DNA from: Camelus dromedarius
Lineage: Eukaryota
Assembly (NCBI RefSeq): GCF_036321535.1
Contig: NC_087437.1
Span: 28,584,001 to 28,648,000 of the forward strand
Direction: 5' to 3'
Length of the DNA: 64,000 nt
The position numbers were made by a program, and so were the translations under genes. This document shows, one piece after another, positions 12,080 through 25,010 of this stretch. The notes under the pieces are model-generated. The model did no database searches. It worked only from the letters and a program-made list of their open reading frames with translations, and was not told the DNA's origin. The first letter of the stretch is position 1. Every line of letters begins with the position of its first letter.

Positions 12080-12570
12080 TGGTAACCTGACAGTAGTAGC
12101 TCCGTCAGGGACCTCAGCTTCCCAGACAGCAGGGTTTACCTGAGAATCAGTATGGGGTGGAAGGAAGACCTCTTCTGGCTTGGGACTGAGGCAGGCTCCC
12201 AAAGCCAAGAGTAGACATTTTTGGGGGTGCATTGTCTTTCATGTAAGGGTCTTTGAATTGGATTATATCTTGGGGTTTACTGAGCAAGTAGGTCCCTTCC
12301 CAATGAGGGGATGGGGCACTCAGCCACCAGCAAAAACTCCTGTGTAAAAGTGAATTTTTAGTAAGCACCTTGTTTGGGGCCTTCTATTGATCCCCGTTAT
12401 TACACAGGATTGGGAGGACAAGGGTCCAGGGAAATCAGTCAGCACAGAGTAGGTGGCTCCCTTACCTAATAAGAAGACAACTTCTCTACCTGCCACGTCA
12501 AGGGTTACCCAAGGCTCTGCCGGAGAAATGACCTGGTGTCCTGTGGGAGCCAGGGAGGGTCCCGGCCCTG
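12080..12570 (-). pseudogene. pro: pro and start-of-pol remnant of the inverted ERV
   Basis: EPWVTLDVAGREVVFLLGKGATYSVL (degenerate protease) and SQVNPAVWEAEVP; the rest of pol is replaced by AT-rich non-coding sequence. Confidence 0.75.
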
Positions 12571-13347
12571 TCAGTGTTTAGTCATCTCAGTTGTCATTGG
12601 TTTGGGAGCTGCAAGCCCCCTTTGGAACTGGGGGCAGTCCTGCTTCCAGTGGCCTTTTTGTTTGTGTGTGGGGCAGGGTCCTGGTGGACTTTTCCCATAC
12701 ATGGGGCATTTGCTTTTCCAGTGGCCCTCCTGGCTGTACTTAAAACAGGTCCCTTTTTGGCAAGATAGTGGCTCTGATGTAGGTATTCTGGATCCTTTTT
12801 GCCTCTTCAGCCCTGTCTCTATTGTTAAATACTTTAAACGCCAGATCCATGAGCTGATTCATGGGGACCTGGGGTCCCTACCTGCCCAGAAGGGGCCTTA
12901 GGGGTAGATGATTGGGAAGACAATCCCCCCCTCAGAGTCGAGGGAAGTAAAAGTTCCTGGCTGTGGAACTCGGGGAGGTGGACCTATAAAGAGTCATCTA
13001 AAACATCGAGCTCCTGTCACGGGAGACGCTTTGAAGGGCACTTGAGCCAGGCATGCCTGCAGGAGCTTCCTAGACCTGGGTCTTGGGACATGGCCAGAAA
13101 CATTTGGAAGTATGGGACGTCCCTCCATTTACCTCCTCTTTTACAAAACAGGTCTAGCTATAAGATGGAATTGTAATTTAATGACCCATTCTTTGGCCAG
13201 ACCTCTTGGTCCCCTAGTTTGTATAGGGGTCATGTACTATTACAAAGAAAAATTAACTCCTTTTTCCTCAAACTATCCTGTTTAAACTTTTCCCAGTTTA
13301 TGAATATGTATCCTAAAGGGGAGTCCTTTGGGATACTTGTTGTCCAT
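12571..13347 (-). pseudogene. gag: Degenerate, capsid-deleted gag of the inverted ERV
   Basis: SIPKDSPLGYIFINWEKF...VWPKNGSLNYNSIL*LDLFCKRGGKW (matrix); LAFKVFNNRD; two degenerate knuckles CFKYSQEGHWKSKCP and CPTHKQKGHWKQDCP. Confidence 0.88.
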
Positions 13348-14313
13348 CTTGGTTAGGATGTCCTGCCTGTGGGCCTGAGGCGGCTCCTTTGGACTAGTCA
13401 GAGAGTAAGGGCCAACAGGAGAAAAGGTGAATAGAGCCCCAGGGTCTAAATCCCTTAGAGGGAAGGAGGAGGCCTAGGTCTCTAGTCAATTAAGCCTGTT
13501 ACCTTCTTTGAAAGGGGAAACAAAATAGCTTTGAAAGATAGAAATCTAGGGCACAACGGGAATGCTACAGCAACAATGCTTCCTGGAATAGAGATCCTTC
13601 AGCCCTCTGAGGGAGTGCCTGCCTGCGATGCCCACTCGGTGGCGTAACAAAACCGTGACCCCAGCAGGGGTGCCAAAACCATGACCCATAAAGGAAGTGT
13701 CCGCCTGCGACTCCCACTCAGGGGTACTAAAGCCTGCGACCCCATCAAGGGGTGCTAGAAACTGCGATCCGCAAGGGGAGTGCCTGCCTGCAATTCCCGC
13801 CTACGGATGCAATGAGGCAGTGCGCCCCGAGGGCACCGGGGAGGGCCAGGCTGCAAATGTTTAAAGGGGAGCTCCCAGAGCCCCCTAGTTTGGGCCCCCT
13901 TTCACAGTTCTGGCGTCCCGGAACCGGACCAAGACTGTGCAGAGAAGAGGAATTGGGCTCAAGGAAGCAAGGAGGGGAATCTCGCCCAGTCAGGTTGCCA
14001 ATTACTTGCCACGTGGACTTAGTTTGGATGTCCTAGTGGTCTCCTTGGTGGATCTTCTCGAGTCCAAAGAGAGCGATAGAGGAGAGAATGAGAAAAGATC
14101 AAGGGGAGAAAAGCCTTGGGCTCCGTGGTCTCCTTCAAGGCTAGAGAGCTGGTCTCTGCCAGATCCTGCAGGCAGCGTCAGCCCCCACCTAAAGGGCCAC
14201 TTGAATCTGCAGGGCATGGGAGAAACCCTCTGCCACCCTTCGAAGAGAGGGGAGCCGTAGACCAATAGGTGGGTTGAGATTATGCCCTTTGAGCCCCATT
14301 TCTTTACGTAAAT

Positions 14314-14331
14314 GCCCCACATTGGGTGCCG
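14314..14331 (-). promoter_or_regulatory. Primer binding site, tRNA-Lys(CUU)-like
   Basis: CGGCACCCAATGTGGGGC versus TGGCGCCCAACGTGGGGC (15/18, two differences are CpG decay), next to the LTR end at 14338. Confidence 0.75.
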
Positions 14332-14337
14332 AAGATA

Positions 14338-14627
14338 TGATGCAGGAAAACGGATGCGAGGCGTGAGGAGGGCCGTGTCCCAGGCCTTGGGGAAGTCCCT
14401 GGGATGTGCCCCGCCAAGTGTGGGTCCTTGGCTTCGCGCAGTTGTCAAAGAATTCAAGAGCGAGCCACAGTTGAGTAAAGGTAGATTTATTTAGAGATCC
14501 ATCAAGAGGCAAGAGAATGGTCACGAGGTGTGGGGGTTGGGTGCTCAGATTAGAGTAAAAGTAGGTACATACTCTGTAGACAGAGTGCGGGCCGTCTCCG
14601 AAGAGGGAGAGAGAGCGGGCAGCAGCC
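14338..14627 (-). mobile_element. 5' LTR (R-U5) of the inverted ERV, lacking U3
   Basis: Ends ...CCTGCATCA before the PBS; AATAAA (plus strand tttatt near 14486); starts abruptly at the TSD. Confidence 0.85.
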
Positions 14628-16637
14628 ACAAATCATCTTAAAGGATAAATTTCTCACCCAATCTGCCCCCAGTGTTCGACAAAAATTCCAAAAGACAATC
14701 CAGGAACCCAGAGTAATCCTTGACAAATGCTAACCATTGCTGTCAATGGGTTTTTTGTTTTTTTGTTTTTTTTTTCCTTAAATTGAGATCAGGTTCAATA
14801 GGCCAAGGCTCAGGAGAAGGAAAGAAGGAAAGAGGCCAGACAGGCCCAAATGATTACAGCCCTTTGAGGACAGCCGCCATCCATAAATCCTCCACCCCCA
14901 GCAGCCTGAGACAAGCTTGATGATCAATACTTCTGCCTCTGACCTGGTCAGTGGGCCAAGAAAGGTCCCCATAAGGACAAATTTTCAAGATCTGCCTGCT
15001 TTCGGTGTAACAAGCAAGGTCATTGGGCGGCCCTCTGACCCTCAAGCCAAATGGCCCGTGGGGGATAACCGACCTGCAAATGATTGTCTGGGACTGAAGG
15101 AGCCCCCTCCAGTCAGCCCCAACGCAAGACATCGTCATCACTGGGCTGGAGCCACGGGGACAAGTGCATATGGCAGGTAGGACAATCACTCTGTTATGGA
15201 TACCGGGACCACCTACTCTGTCCTAAAATCTTTCTCCAGACCCTTCTTCTCTAGATTCTGTCCCATCATGGGAGTCACAGGTAGACCAACCTTAAGGTTC
15301 TTTACTCACCTCCTTTGTTGTTTACAGGACGAACTCGCATGTGCATGTTCTTTCTCATGTGTGCCAGCACGTCCTAGGTCCTCTTGAGGCCGAGATCTTC
15401 TTTACAAGTTGGGAACCCGAGTTATCCTGGGAGAAAGTCTCCAAACGTTCTCCTCTTTACAACTCTTACTGCTCTCTGGGGAAGGAGAAAAACCTCCAGA
15501 CCCAGAGACCTGGGAGAATAAAATTAATCCTGCCGTCTGGGATCAAGGCATCCCAGAGCGAGCAAAGACGGCTGCTCTGGTTGTCACCTCCCTCAGAGAT
15601 CCTACCTGGTTCCCTAATTGAAACAATATGTGACTTACTTATCTGCTCCCATACTCGAGAACAGGCCATCCAACATGCAATCCAAACTCTTCACTTCTTG
15701 GCCAAGTGGGGATATAAAGTTTCCAAGTCCATGGTCAAAATGGCCAAAGAGGTCACTTATCTAGGAGTTGGTCTGACTCCTGGAAACCATAAGCCTTTCC
15801 CCTGAACGAATTTAGGGAACCTTACAACTCCCTAATCCCACTACTTAAAAATAGCTCAGGGCATTTCTCAGACTAACAGATTCCTGTAGGCTTAGGACCC
15901 CTAACTATGGGTCCATAGCCCAACCTCTACATGACAGCTTACAGGGTAAGGATGACTCAGTACCTCTCCAGTGGGGTCCTTCCCAACAGGAAGCAATGGA
16001 AGAATTAAAAAACCTCCTAGTAAGATCCCCGGCCTTGGGGCTTCCAGATCCCACAGGCCCTTCCAGTTCTGTGTTCATGAGAGAGGAGGAGTAGCCTTGG
16101 GGGTCTTCATGCAACGGCTGGGTCCTACCCAGCAGCCTAAGGGATACCTCTCCAAGAGGCTAGATCCCACTGCTTGAGGCTGGCCTTCCTGCCTGACTGT
16201 TGGGAGCCCTCTCCGCTCTCCTGGAGGAAGCTTTTAAGCTAACTCTGGGGTCCCCTATACATGCATAAGCTTACCATCAAGTCTCTGACCTTTTAAAAGG
16301 CAAGGGACACTCTGGCTCTCAGATGCTCGGCTTCTTAAATATCAGGCATTATTACTGAACCTCTATTTTTTCAACCTTCTTATAAAATGTGTTTCTTCTC
16401 ATCTAGAATCAAACTTCAAATGGCTATACAACAAGGTAAGCTACCAATCAGCCAAGACAGCTTTGATACATGCCCCTCGATGGACACCAGCCCTTCACTC
16501 ACCACCTGCCCAGTGACAGCCAGCTAGTCTGGGACCCCAGTGTTCTCCATCATCTCCCCAGATCAGCAGGAAGTAGCTAGAGCGGTCGTCCCCTTCTACA
16601 TCCCAAAGATTTGGGGTACTATGACTAGAGGGGGTAA
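14628..16637 (+). pseudogene. Second copy of gag(3')-pro-pol-env tail and polypurine tract, unit 2
   Basis: Direct repeat of 5060-7595 with an extra deletion of about 530 bp at ~16357; the homologous gag continues upstream at ~8380-8395 plus 9041-9058. Confidence 0.93.
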
Positions 16638-16755
16638 TGTTAGGTAGTTTAGATAGAAATGAGCACTGGGCAAAGAGAGGGGAAGGGGGAAGGAACAAAC
16701 CAGAACACAAGGAACCTGAGCTGTCAATCAACCAGAGCACAGGGAACCTGAGTTG

Positions 16756-16795
<40 letters not shown>

Positions 16796-17006
16796 GAAGC
16801 CAGGATATAAAAACAGGAAAAACGAGGGAATGGCGCCATTCTTCCTCTCTGGGATTGCCCCGCTCCCAGTTCTCGAGAGTACTTTTACTTTTTTACTTCA
16901 CTAATAAAAATGTTGCTTATATCACGCATTCTGTCTCTCATCAAGAAATCTTTTTTTCAGGTGAGTAAGAACCGAGGTAATTCCTATTTTCCTTTTTCTG
17001 GTAACA
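16638..17006 (+). mobile_element. 3' LTR with (TCAA)10 expansion
   Basis: Preceded by AGAGGGGGTAA; TG...CA termini; followed by TSD GAAG. Confidence 0.95.
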
Positions 17007-17304
17007 GAAGGACCTCAGTGTTTGAATTCCCTGACATGGGCTTGTGTGGACTCTGAAGATAAATGTAAGTAATAAAATCTGGAGGGTTAAGGAACAAGGC
17101 AGAGAGAAGGGCAGTTTTGACAACCTTGTGCTTGGTAGAGATCAGTCCTGCCCCAGGACACCAACATCACAGATGCTGGTCAAACCACAGGAACAGATTA
17201 TAACCTCCTAAAATGACTATTTTTAAGACATGCATTGGAAACTTCCTTAAACTTATAAAAATCAAAGCTGCTCATTAAAAATGGCATGAAGGCACAAGGG
17301 TGGC

Positions 17305-17645
17305 ACTGCCAGTGGTTAAGATCAAGGGCTCTGGGCTCAGACCACCTGTATTCAAGTCTCAGCTTTTCAGCTCCTCAACCTCAGCAAGTATGTTACCTCT
17401 CTGTGACTCAGTCTCCACCTTAATAAGATAGAAACAGTAACAAGAATTTTTCCCTTGCAGGGTTGTTGAATGTTTCCCAGACTTTGCAGCAGACTTAATT
17501 ATCTCAGGGATAATTAAAAAATGTCCCTTCCACCAGATGTTCTGATTTAATTGCTATGAAGGCAACGGCTGAGTTAATATATATAATGTTTAGACCAGTG
17601 CCTGGCATATAGCGAGCAACTGATACATGTTAACTATGATTGCTA
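17305..17645 (+). mobile_element. MIR SINE (interrupted)
   Basis: gtggttaagatcaagggctctgg, ctctctgtgactcagtctcc, cagtgcctggcatatag. Confidence 0.65.
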
Positions 17646-20600
17646 TTTTATTTTTACCCATTTTTTTCAAATTACTCCACTTCATCTTTAACTTTTCATC
17701 CTAGTTCCTAGGTTACAGACCCCTTTCAAAGCAGCCATGTGTATACTCTATTTGTGTTGTCTCTCGTTCTGTCTTTCCTGCTCAACAGTGCAACTGTAAC
17801 TTCCTGTAATTTGCCACCTCAACAGTCCTGCTCATTCCTGCACATATAGTGAACATTTCAAAAATAGAATCCAAGTGTTTTCTGACTCACTCTAAACATT
17901 TTTGTTTCATGATTCAGCATGATACGATCACAGACCCCACCTAACGCACGTCAATTTGAAAGTGACCGTTTAGACACTTAAGCTTAACTATGTGAATTCT
18001 CGGTTTCCTTAAATTGTGTTCAAGATCAAATAATAGAATGGATGCATTAATTATCATGAAAATTGTGCCATTAAACAATGTATTTTAAATATTTTTATGA
18101 TACTTACCAAAATATTTCTAGTTACACTTGAGTGGCTCTATTATATCTCCTTATCACACCATCATAGCTTTAGTTTAGATACTGAAATTAGCCTTGACTC
18201 AGCTCCATAAACGCACATTATAAGAATCTAGCTATATGCCAGGCACCACGCTAGGCCTGAGATACAAGGTTGAGTAGCAAGAACCTCACAGTGTAATGAC
18301 TAAAACAAGATGTATAGGATACTGGACACATGCTGATCTAGAATTTCCTACCTCCCACACCTGCTCCAAGCCCTTTAATTGAACCACAAAATAATTTAGA
18401 ATAAGAGTAAATGAAAACGACCATCTCTTCCTGAATACAGTAATATGACTATGCTATTCATTATGCAACTCATATTTTATCCTTAAAAAGTAATCTGAAT
18501 ATTGAAAAAATATTTATGTTCATTGTAACATTTCTTCATAATAGTAAAAACCAAGTGGAGTCTTCGTTTCAATAGCTAAGAAATGTAAGCAAAGTATTAT
18601 AGAGTGCTATGTATTTAAAATGGGTTTTTTCAAAAATGATTTAGTTACCTAGGGAAGTAATTTTAGTGGTAGGATTATAGGAGACTTAAAATTTTCTGTG
18701 CTTTCAAATTTTCTAAGTGTTTCAGTAAATATTTATTGCTTTTCATTTAAATTACTTCATATCTTTTCCTTTATTTTTTATTTTGAATTTGTTTACATTG
18801 TTTCTTAGACCAGTCACACATTCAAGTCAGTTTGCCAAATTCAGAATATTAAAATGTCTTTTAAAACATGCACATATCTATCACTGTTAGTTGAGAATTA
18901 TATAAAGTATCTTGCCAAATCAGTGAAATATTTACATTGTTTTAGGGAAGAACAGTGGAAGGATGTTAATAAAACCCCTCTCAGTATAATCTGTGGTCTT
19001 CTCTAAAATTGTAACTAGTTTCTGTGTGATTAAATCATCCCCTGTTTACATTTAATTTATAGCACAAATTTCTGTCTTCAATCAATCAATTAATTAATCT
19101 ATTTTTCAGGTGGTCTCCTCACCCTCCCACCCTCAGGATACTCTCATTAAGATTGGCTCATATATATTTATTATAATTTAGTGAAAAGGACAACTAAGTG
19201 TGTGCAACATACCTTAGGAAGATTTGCTAGCAAGGTCCAGGTGTGCTGTTTACAAATCTGAATCTGCCCAAAGGAAGGTTTCTCTCACCAGGAGTAGCCA
19301 GTCTTACGTGTCTGTGTGTGGTCCTCAGTGCCTAGCGCCAGCTTTGTATTTAGGAGTTGCTGGCTGAATGTTTGTTTCCGTTAATTTTAATTAAACGTAT
19401 CTTCTATCCTCGATTGGAAATGCAGATCAGGAACATTCTACCAAACTCTCCTTTTCAGGCCATGAAAACAGTGCAACCACTGAGTATCTAAAAAGACTGA
19501 TGGAATTTCAATGTCTTCCATTTTTTGAAAAATTGTCTGCAGAAATGAGCTGGTATTTCCCAGGCCACAACCTACTCCGAACTCCTTGAACTCTACCACA
19601 AAAGAGAGTAATTTAGAATGTATTGGATTAAAACTTTCTTCCATCCTTGAATACCAAATTGTGATTGCTTAACTCCTTGTCTATGGAGAGGAGAATGCAG
19701 AAGGAAGGTTCTGGTAGGCGTGGTATAGCTTATGAACGTATTCTTACAAGGAGTCTGTGGTGAAAAGAGAACATACCTTCACAGTCTTTGTACGGCCGTG
19801 AGACTGTCCCTAAGTCTGTAGACTTGCGTGCAGACACGTTTCCCTATCATTGGCAGAACCGGTTTTATGTTTTTGTTTCTTTCCCAGGCATCTCAAGCCC
19901 GTGTTAATTAGCATCCACAGCGGAGCATAGGAGGAACATAAGCCATTTATTTGTGAACAAATTATAAGAACTGCAGTGGAAATGGATTTGTACAGAATAT
20001 CCACTTACAGCCTGATACTTTTTAATATATTTATCTTATTGTTTTAATTAGCTGGTTCTTTTTCTTCCTCTCTGTTCCCTTTATATTATTTCACCAGGCG
20101 CTGAGCTCCGATCACTATTTTTGGCTCTCTGGGCTCCCAGCAGAACCCTCCTTGTTTCATCTGATGTGACTTAAAAGGGTCTGGGAAGCCAGTTTGTTCC
20201 CCTATAATCTTCCCATCTTTTCACTTTGAGTTAACAATCCCTGAATAAGAGATGAAATTTTTCATTCCATGGTTAATGAGATTTAAAGCCTTTAAGAGAC
20301 GTTATGTGAAAATGACTTAAATTCATGTTATTTTATTTCTTTCCTCTATCTCTCCCATCCTTCTTTCATCTTTGTTTTTCTTGTTCTTTCTTTTGTAAGA
20401 ATTTAGAGGATGTGAATCTGGGCCCTGCATCGTGGTAGATGTTGAGGACATTACAATTGATCTGAATCAGTCTCCAAGCTCAAAGACCCCGAAGAAGAGT
20501 TGGCAAGACATGTGCCAACAACAAGCTGCAACTCAGACTGATCGTTGCTGCACTGGAGGACCACACAGACCGCGCTGGGGAAGGAGGGGGAGAGGGTGCT

Positions 20601-21414
20601 GATCTCTAAGGAGCAACGGCCAAGAAACGGCCCAGGTGAGTCTGTGGAACCCGAACTTCCCCAGTTTTACAGTTTTCCCACTTTCTAAAAAGTGCACCTT
20701 TCTACAAGCTTTCTCATGCCCATAGGAGAAAGACTACTACTACTATTTGCCTTCCGTAAGTACACAATACCCAAACCTTAAGTTTGCTAAATCGCAAATG
20801 TGATAATCACCCAAATCATGCGTGAAGAACACCCACAAAAGGATACTATTCCTCTGACTTGAATTGCTTGATGTGCTGGTATAAATGTGGGTATCCTTTT
20901 AATTCTCTGGTTTGTCAATATCAAGTGCATACCCACCGTGTGCATGGGTAGATGGTTACAATATTTTAAAATAAATAGAAGAGAAATAATTAAAGTGCTT
21001 ATCTCTTTGCATTTTTCCAAAATTCCGAAAGGCAGGAGTTAGGTTATGTTAGTCTTACTTCAAATACAAATAGATAAGGGTGAATGAGTAAACCAGATGT
21101 CTGCAGAATTCAAACCTCTATTTACTCATTAGTCTTAACATTTGCTTTGTTTTCCCCAGCATCCTTATCCATAAGAAATGGATTGGTTATACTTTGATCT
21201 TATCTTCCTCCCCTGGCTCACCCTCTGGTGGAGGTTCTCATAACCCCCAAAGGACGAAAACTCTGGGCAGTCTCTGTGTCCATCCCTGAATGACAAATAA
21301 CGTGGCGTCTAGTAACTGCAAAACACTTGAACAAACTAATCACCTACTTTGTATTTTAAGAGTTTCTAAAGATGGTAGATGAATGAATTGCTAGGGTTGA
21401 ACGTTTTCAATTAC

Positions 21415-21960
21415 AAAACAAATATTTATTGAATGATCACTCTGGGCCAAGCACGCGCCAGCACTGAGCATGTGGAGACAGGAGGGGAAGGCGCTGTTCC
21501 TGCCCTGATGGGTGTCACAGTCCCCCCCGTGTGGGGTGGCGGGGGGGGGTACAAAGGCAAACGTAAGACCTAGAAGCACTCCGGGGACAGACAGGGTGAC
21601 TGGTGGCACCAGGCACAATGTCTGGCTTGGGTGTTCTGGGAAGTTCTCCTGGAGAGGCGCCAGCAGATGAGCTGTTGTGTCTAAGCAAAGAGGCGGGAAG
21701 CGCATCCCAGGCAGAAAGGGCGCCTCAGCTCAGGCACGGGGGAGAGGAGCGCGAGGCAAGAGTGGAAGTCTTCGACAGAGCTAAGTCATCACCACCTGCG
21801 GTGTGAGGCAGAGAGGGGTGGACGGGAGAGAGAGGTTGGCACGTGACCCCAGGGGCCGCAGTGAAGTGTTTGGACTTTCACGATGGTCAGAAAGAGCATC
21901 CTGGTTGCCACTGGCAGAGGATTGGTGAAGGCAAAATTATAAAAAGAGGAAAACCATCTA
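21415..21960 (-). mobile_element. L2 LINE 3' fragment
   Basis: aaacaaatatttattgaat...ttcctgccctgatgg pattern typical of a reversed L2 3' end. Confidence 0.6.
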
Positions 21961-21989
21961 TTGGTGATGAGACATCATGACGGTTAGAA

Positions 21990-22275
21990 TTAGGATAATG
22001 AGTTCTCAGGGCCTTCTAGGAAACCGAGGCCAAGAGGGAGCAAACATGCAGGAGACTTACCAGGAGGGAGCCAGAGACTGGGCCGAGCCACAGACTGTCC
22101 TGCGGATCTGACACCTGTGAAGGGAAGTGGGGAGGGACAAGGGGAGGGGAGGAGGTTTTGCAGACCACAGCACCATTCCAGGAAAGCTCTGGAGTTCCAG
22201 CCCGGCCAACAGGGAGACACCAACCCAAAGTGGCCTATTAAAGAAGCCCTGCGTCCGGCTGTAATAGGGCTGCCT
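21990..22275 (-). mobile_element. Old ERVL-type LTR fragment (LTR16/LTR33-like)
   Basis: Resembles the recalled consensus (ctgacacctgtgaagggaag, cagaccacagcacc). Confidence 0.45.
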
Positions 22276-23826
<1,551 letters not shown>

Positions 23827-23830
<4 letters not shown>

Positions 23831-24585
23831 GTGAAGAGTTAATAGCCAAAATATGTTAATAGCCAAGAATTCATACAACTCAGTAGCAAAAAGCCAAAAC
23901 AATCCCATTTAGAAATAGGCAGTGGATCTGAATAGACATGTTTCTGATGAAGACATACAGATGACCAACAGGTTCATGAAAAGGTGCTCTACATCACTAA
24001 TCATCGGGGAGGTGCAAATCAAGACGGCAAGGAGATCTCTCCTCACAACTGTCAGAATGGCTGTTACCAAAATGACAACTGATAAGTGATGGTCAGGATG
24101 TGGAGAAAAGGGAACCCTCGTGAAGTGCTGGTGGGAATGTAAATCAGTGCAGCCACTATGAAAAAACAGTATAAAGTTTCCTCAACAAATTAAAAATAGA
24201 ACTCACCATACAATCCAGCAATTCCACTTCCATTTCTTGGAAGGAAACAAAAGGAGTAACTTGAAAAGATATCTGCATCTCCATGTTCATTGCAGCATGT
24301 TTACAATAGCCAAGACATGGACACAACACGTGTCCATCGATGGATGAAGGGATAAAGAAAATGTGAACATATATAGATCTATAATTCAGCCATAAGAAGA
24401 ATGAAACCCTGCCATTTGCAGTAACATGCAAATAACATGGATGGACCTTGAGGGCATTAAGCTAAAAGAAACAAGACAGAAAAAGACAATGATTTCATTT
24501 ATATGCGGAATCTAAAAATAAAACAAAACTCATAGATACAGAGAACAGCTTGGGAGTTGCCAGAGGTGGTGGTTGGGGGATGAGA
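23827..24585 (+). mobile_element. L1 ORF2 end and 3' UTR fragment
   Basis: gaagacatacagatgaccaacagg, ggatgtggagaaaagggaaccc, ccatgttcattgcagca, atggatggaccttgagggcatt. Confidence 0.9.
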
Positions 24586-24589
24586 ATTA

Positions 24590-25010
24590 GAACTAGAAAC
24601 AGCCCCAAACCAGAAATGACCCAAATATCCCCAAATTATGACCCAAATAATGACCCATTAACAAAAGACTGGATGAGCAATTGGTGATACATTCGTAAAA
24701 TGGAATAACATTGAACAATAAAGATAAACAAATCACGGCTACATGCAACAACACACATGAAAATCAGAATGTTGACTGAATGAAGCCAAAAATAAAAGAA
24801 AACATGCACTATGTATGACCCATTTATATAAAATTAAAACCCCAGCAATGCTGTGGCATCTAGAAAGGTAAACTTAAGGGTTCAAAAGAAAAGAAAAGCA
24901 AGGGTGTGGACTATGATGAGTGCTCATTTTATTATAATGCATTAAGCTGTACATTTGTGTTTTATATGCCTTTTCTGTATACTTATCATATTTCAAAATA
25001 AAGAGATGAA
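24590..25010 (+). mobile_element. Older L1 (L1M-type) 3' fragment
   Basis: aactagaaacagccccaaa, ctacatgcaacaaca, ccatttatataaaatt. Confidence 0.6.

Larger units (their letters stand above)
9059..14627 (-). mobile_element. Inverted class I ERV copy, probable L1-mediated processed retrocopy
   Basis: Truncated LTRs at both ends, decayed poly(A) at 9059-9074, TSD ACCAATTATCTT (9047-9058) and ACAAATCATCTT (14628-14639), PBS, gag, pro, polypurine tract. Confidence 0.82.
3288..17006 (+). mobile_element. Composite tandem class I ERV provirus (tRNA-His primed) with nested insertions
   Basis: Homologous LTRs TGTTAGG...GGTAACA at both ends; 4-bp TSD GAAG at 3284-3287 and 17007-17010; PBS, gag/pro/pol/env remnants and polypurine tracts inside. 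Confidence 0.93.

Noticed and set aside
5060..14627. First idea that this whole 9.5 kb block was captured from another locus in one step
   Set aside because: The gag of unit 2 continues upstream at ~8380-8395 and 9041-9058, and the inverted ERV and solo LTR each have their own TSD, so they are separate insertions.
19438..19644. 68-aa ATG ORF on the minus strand
   Set aside because: No recognisable homology or gene context; length is compatible with chance.
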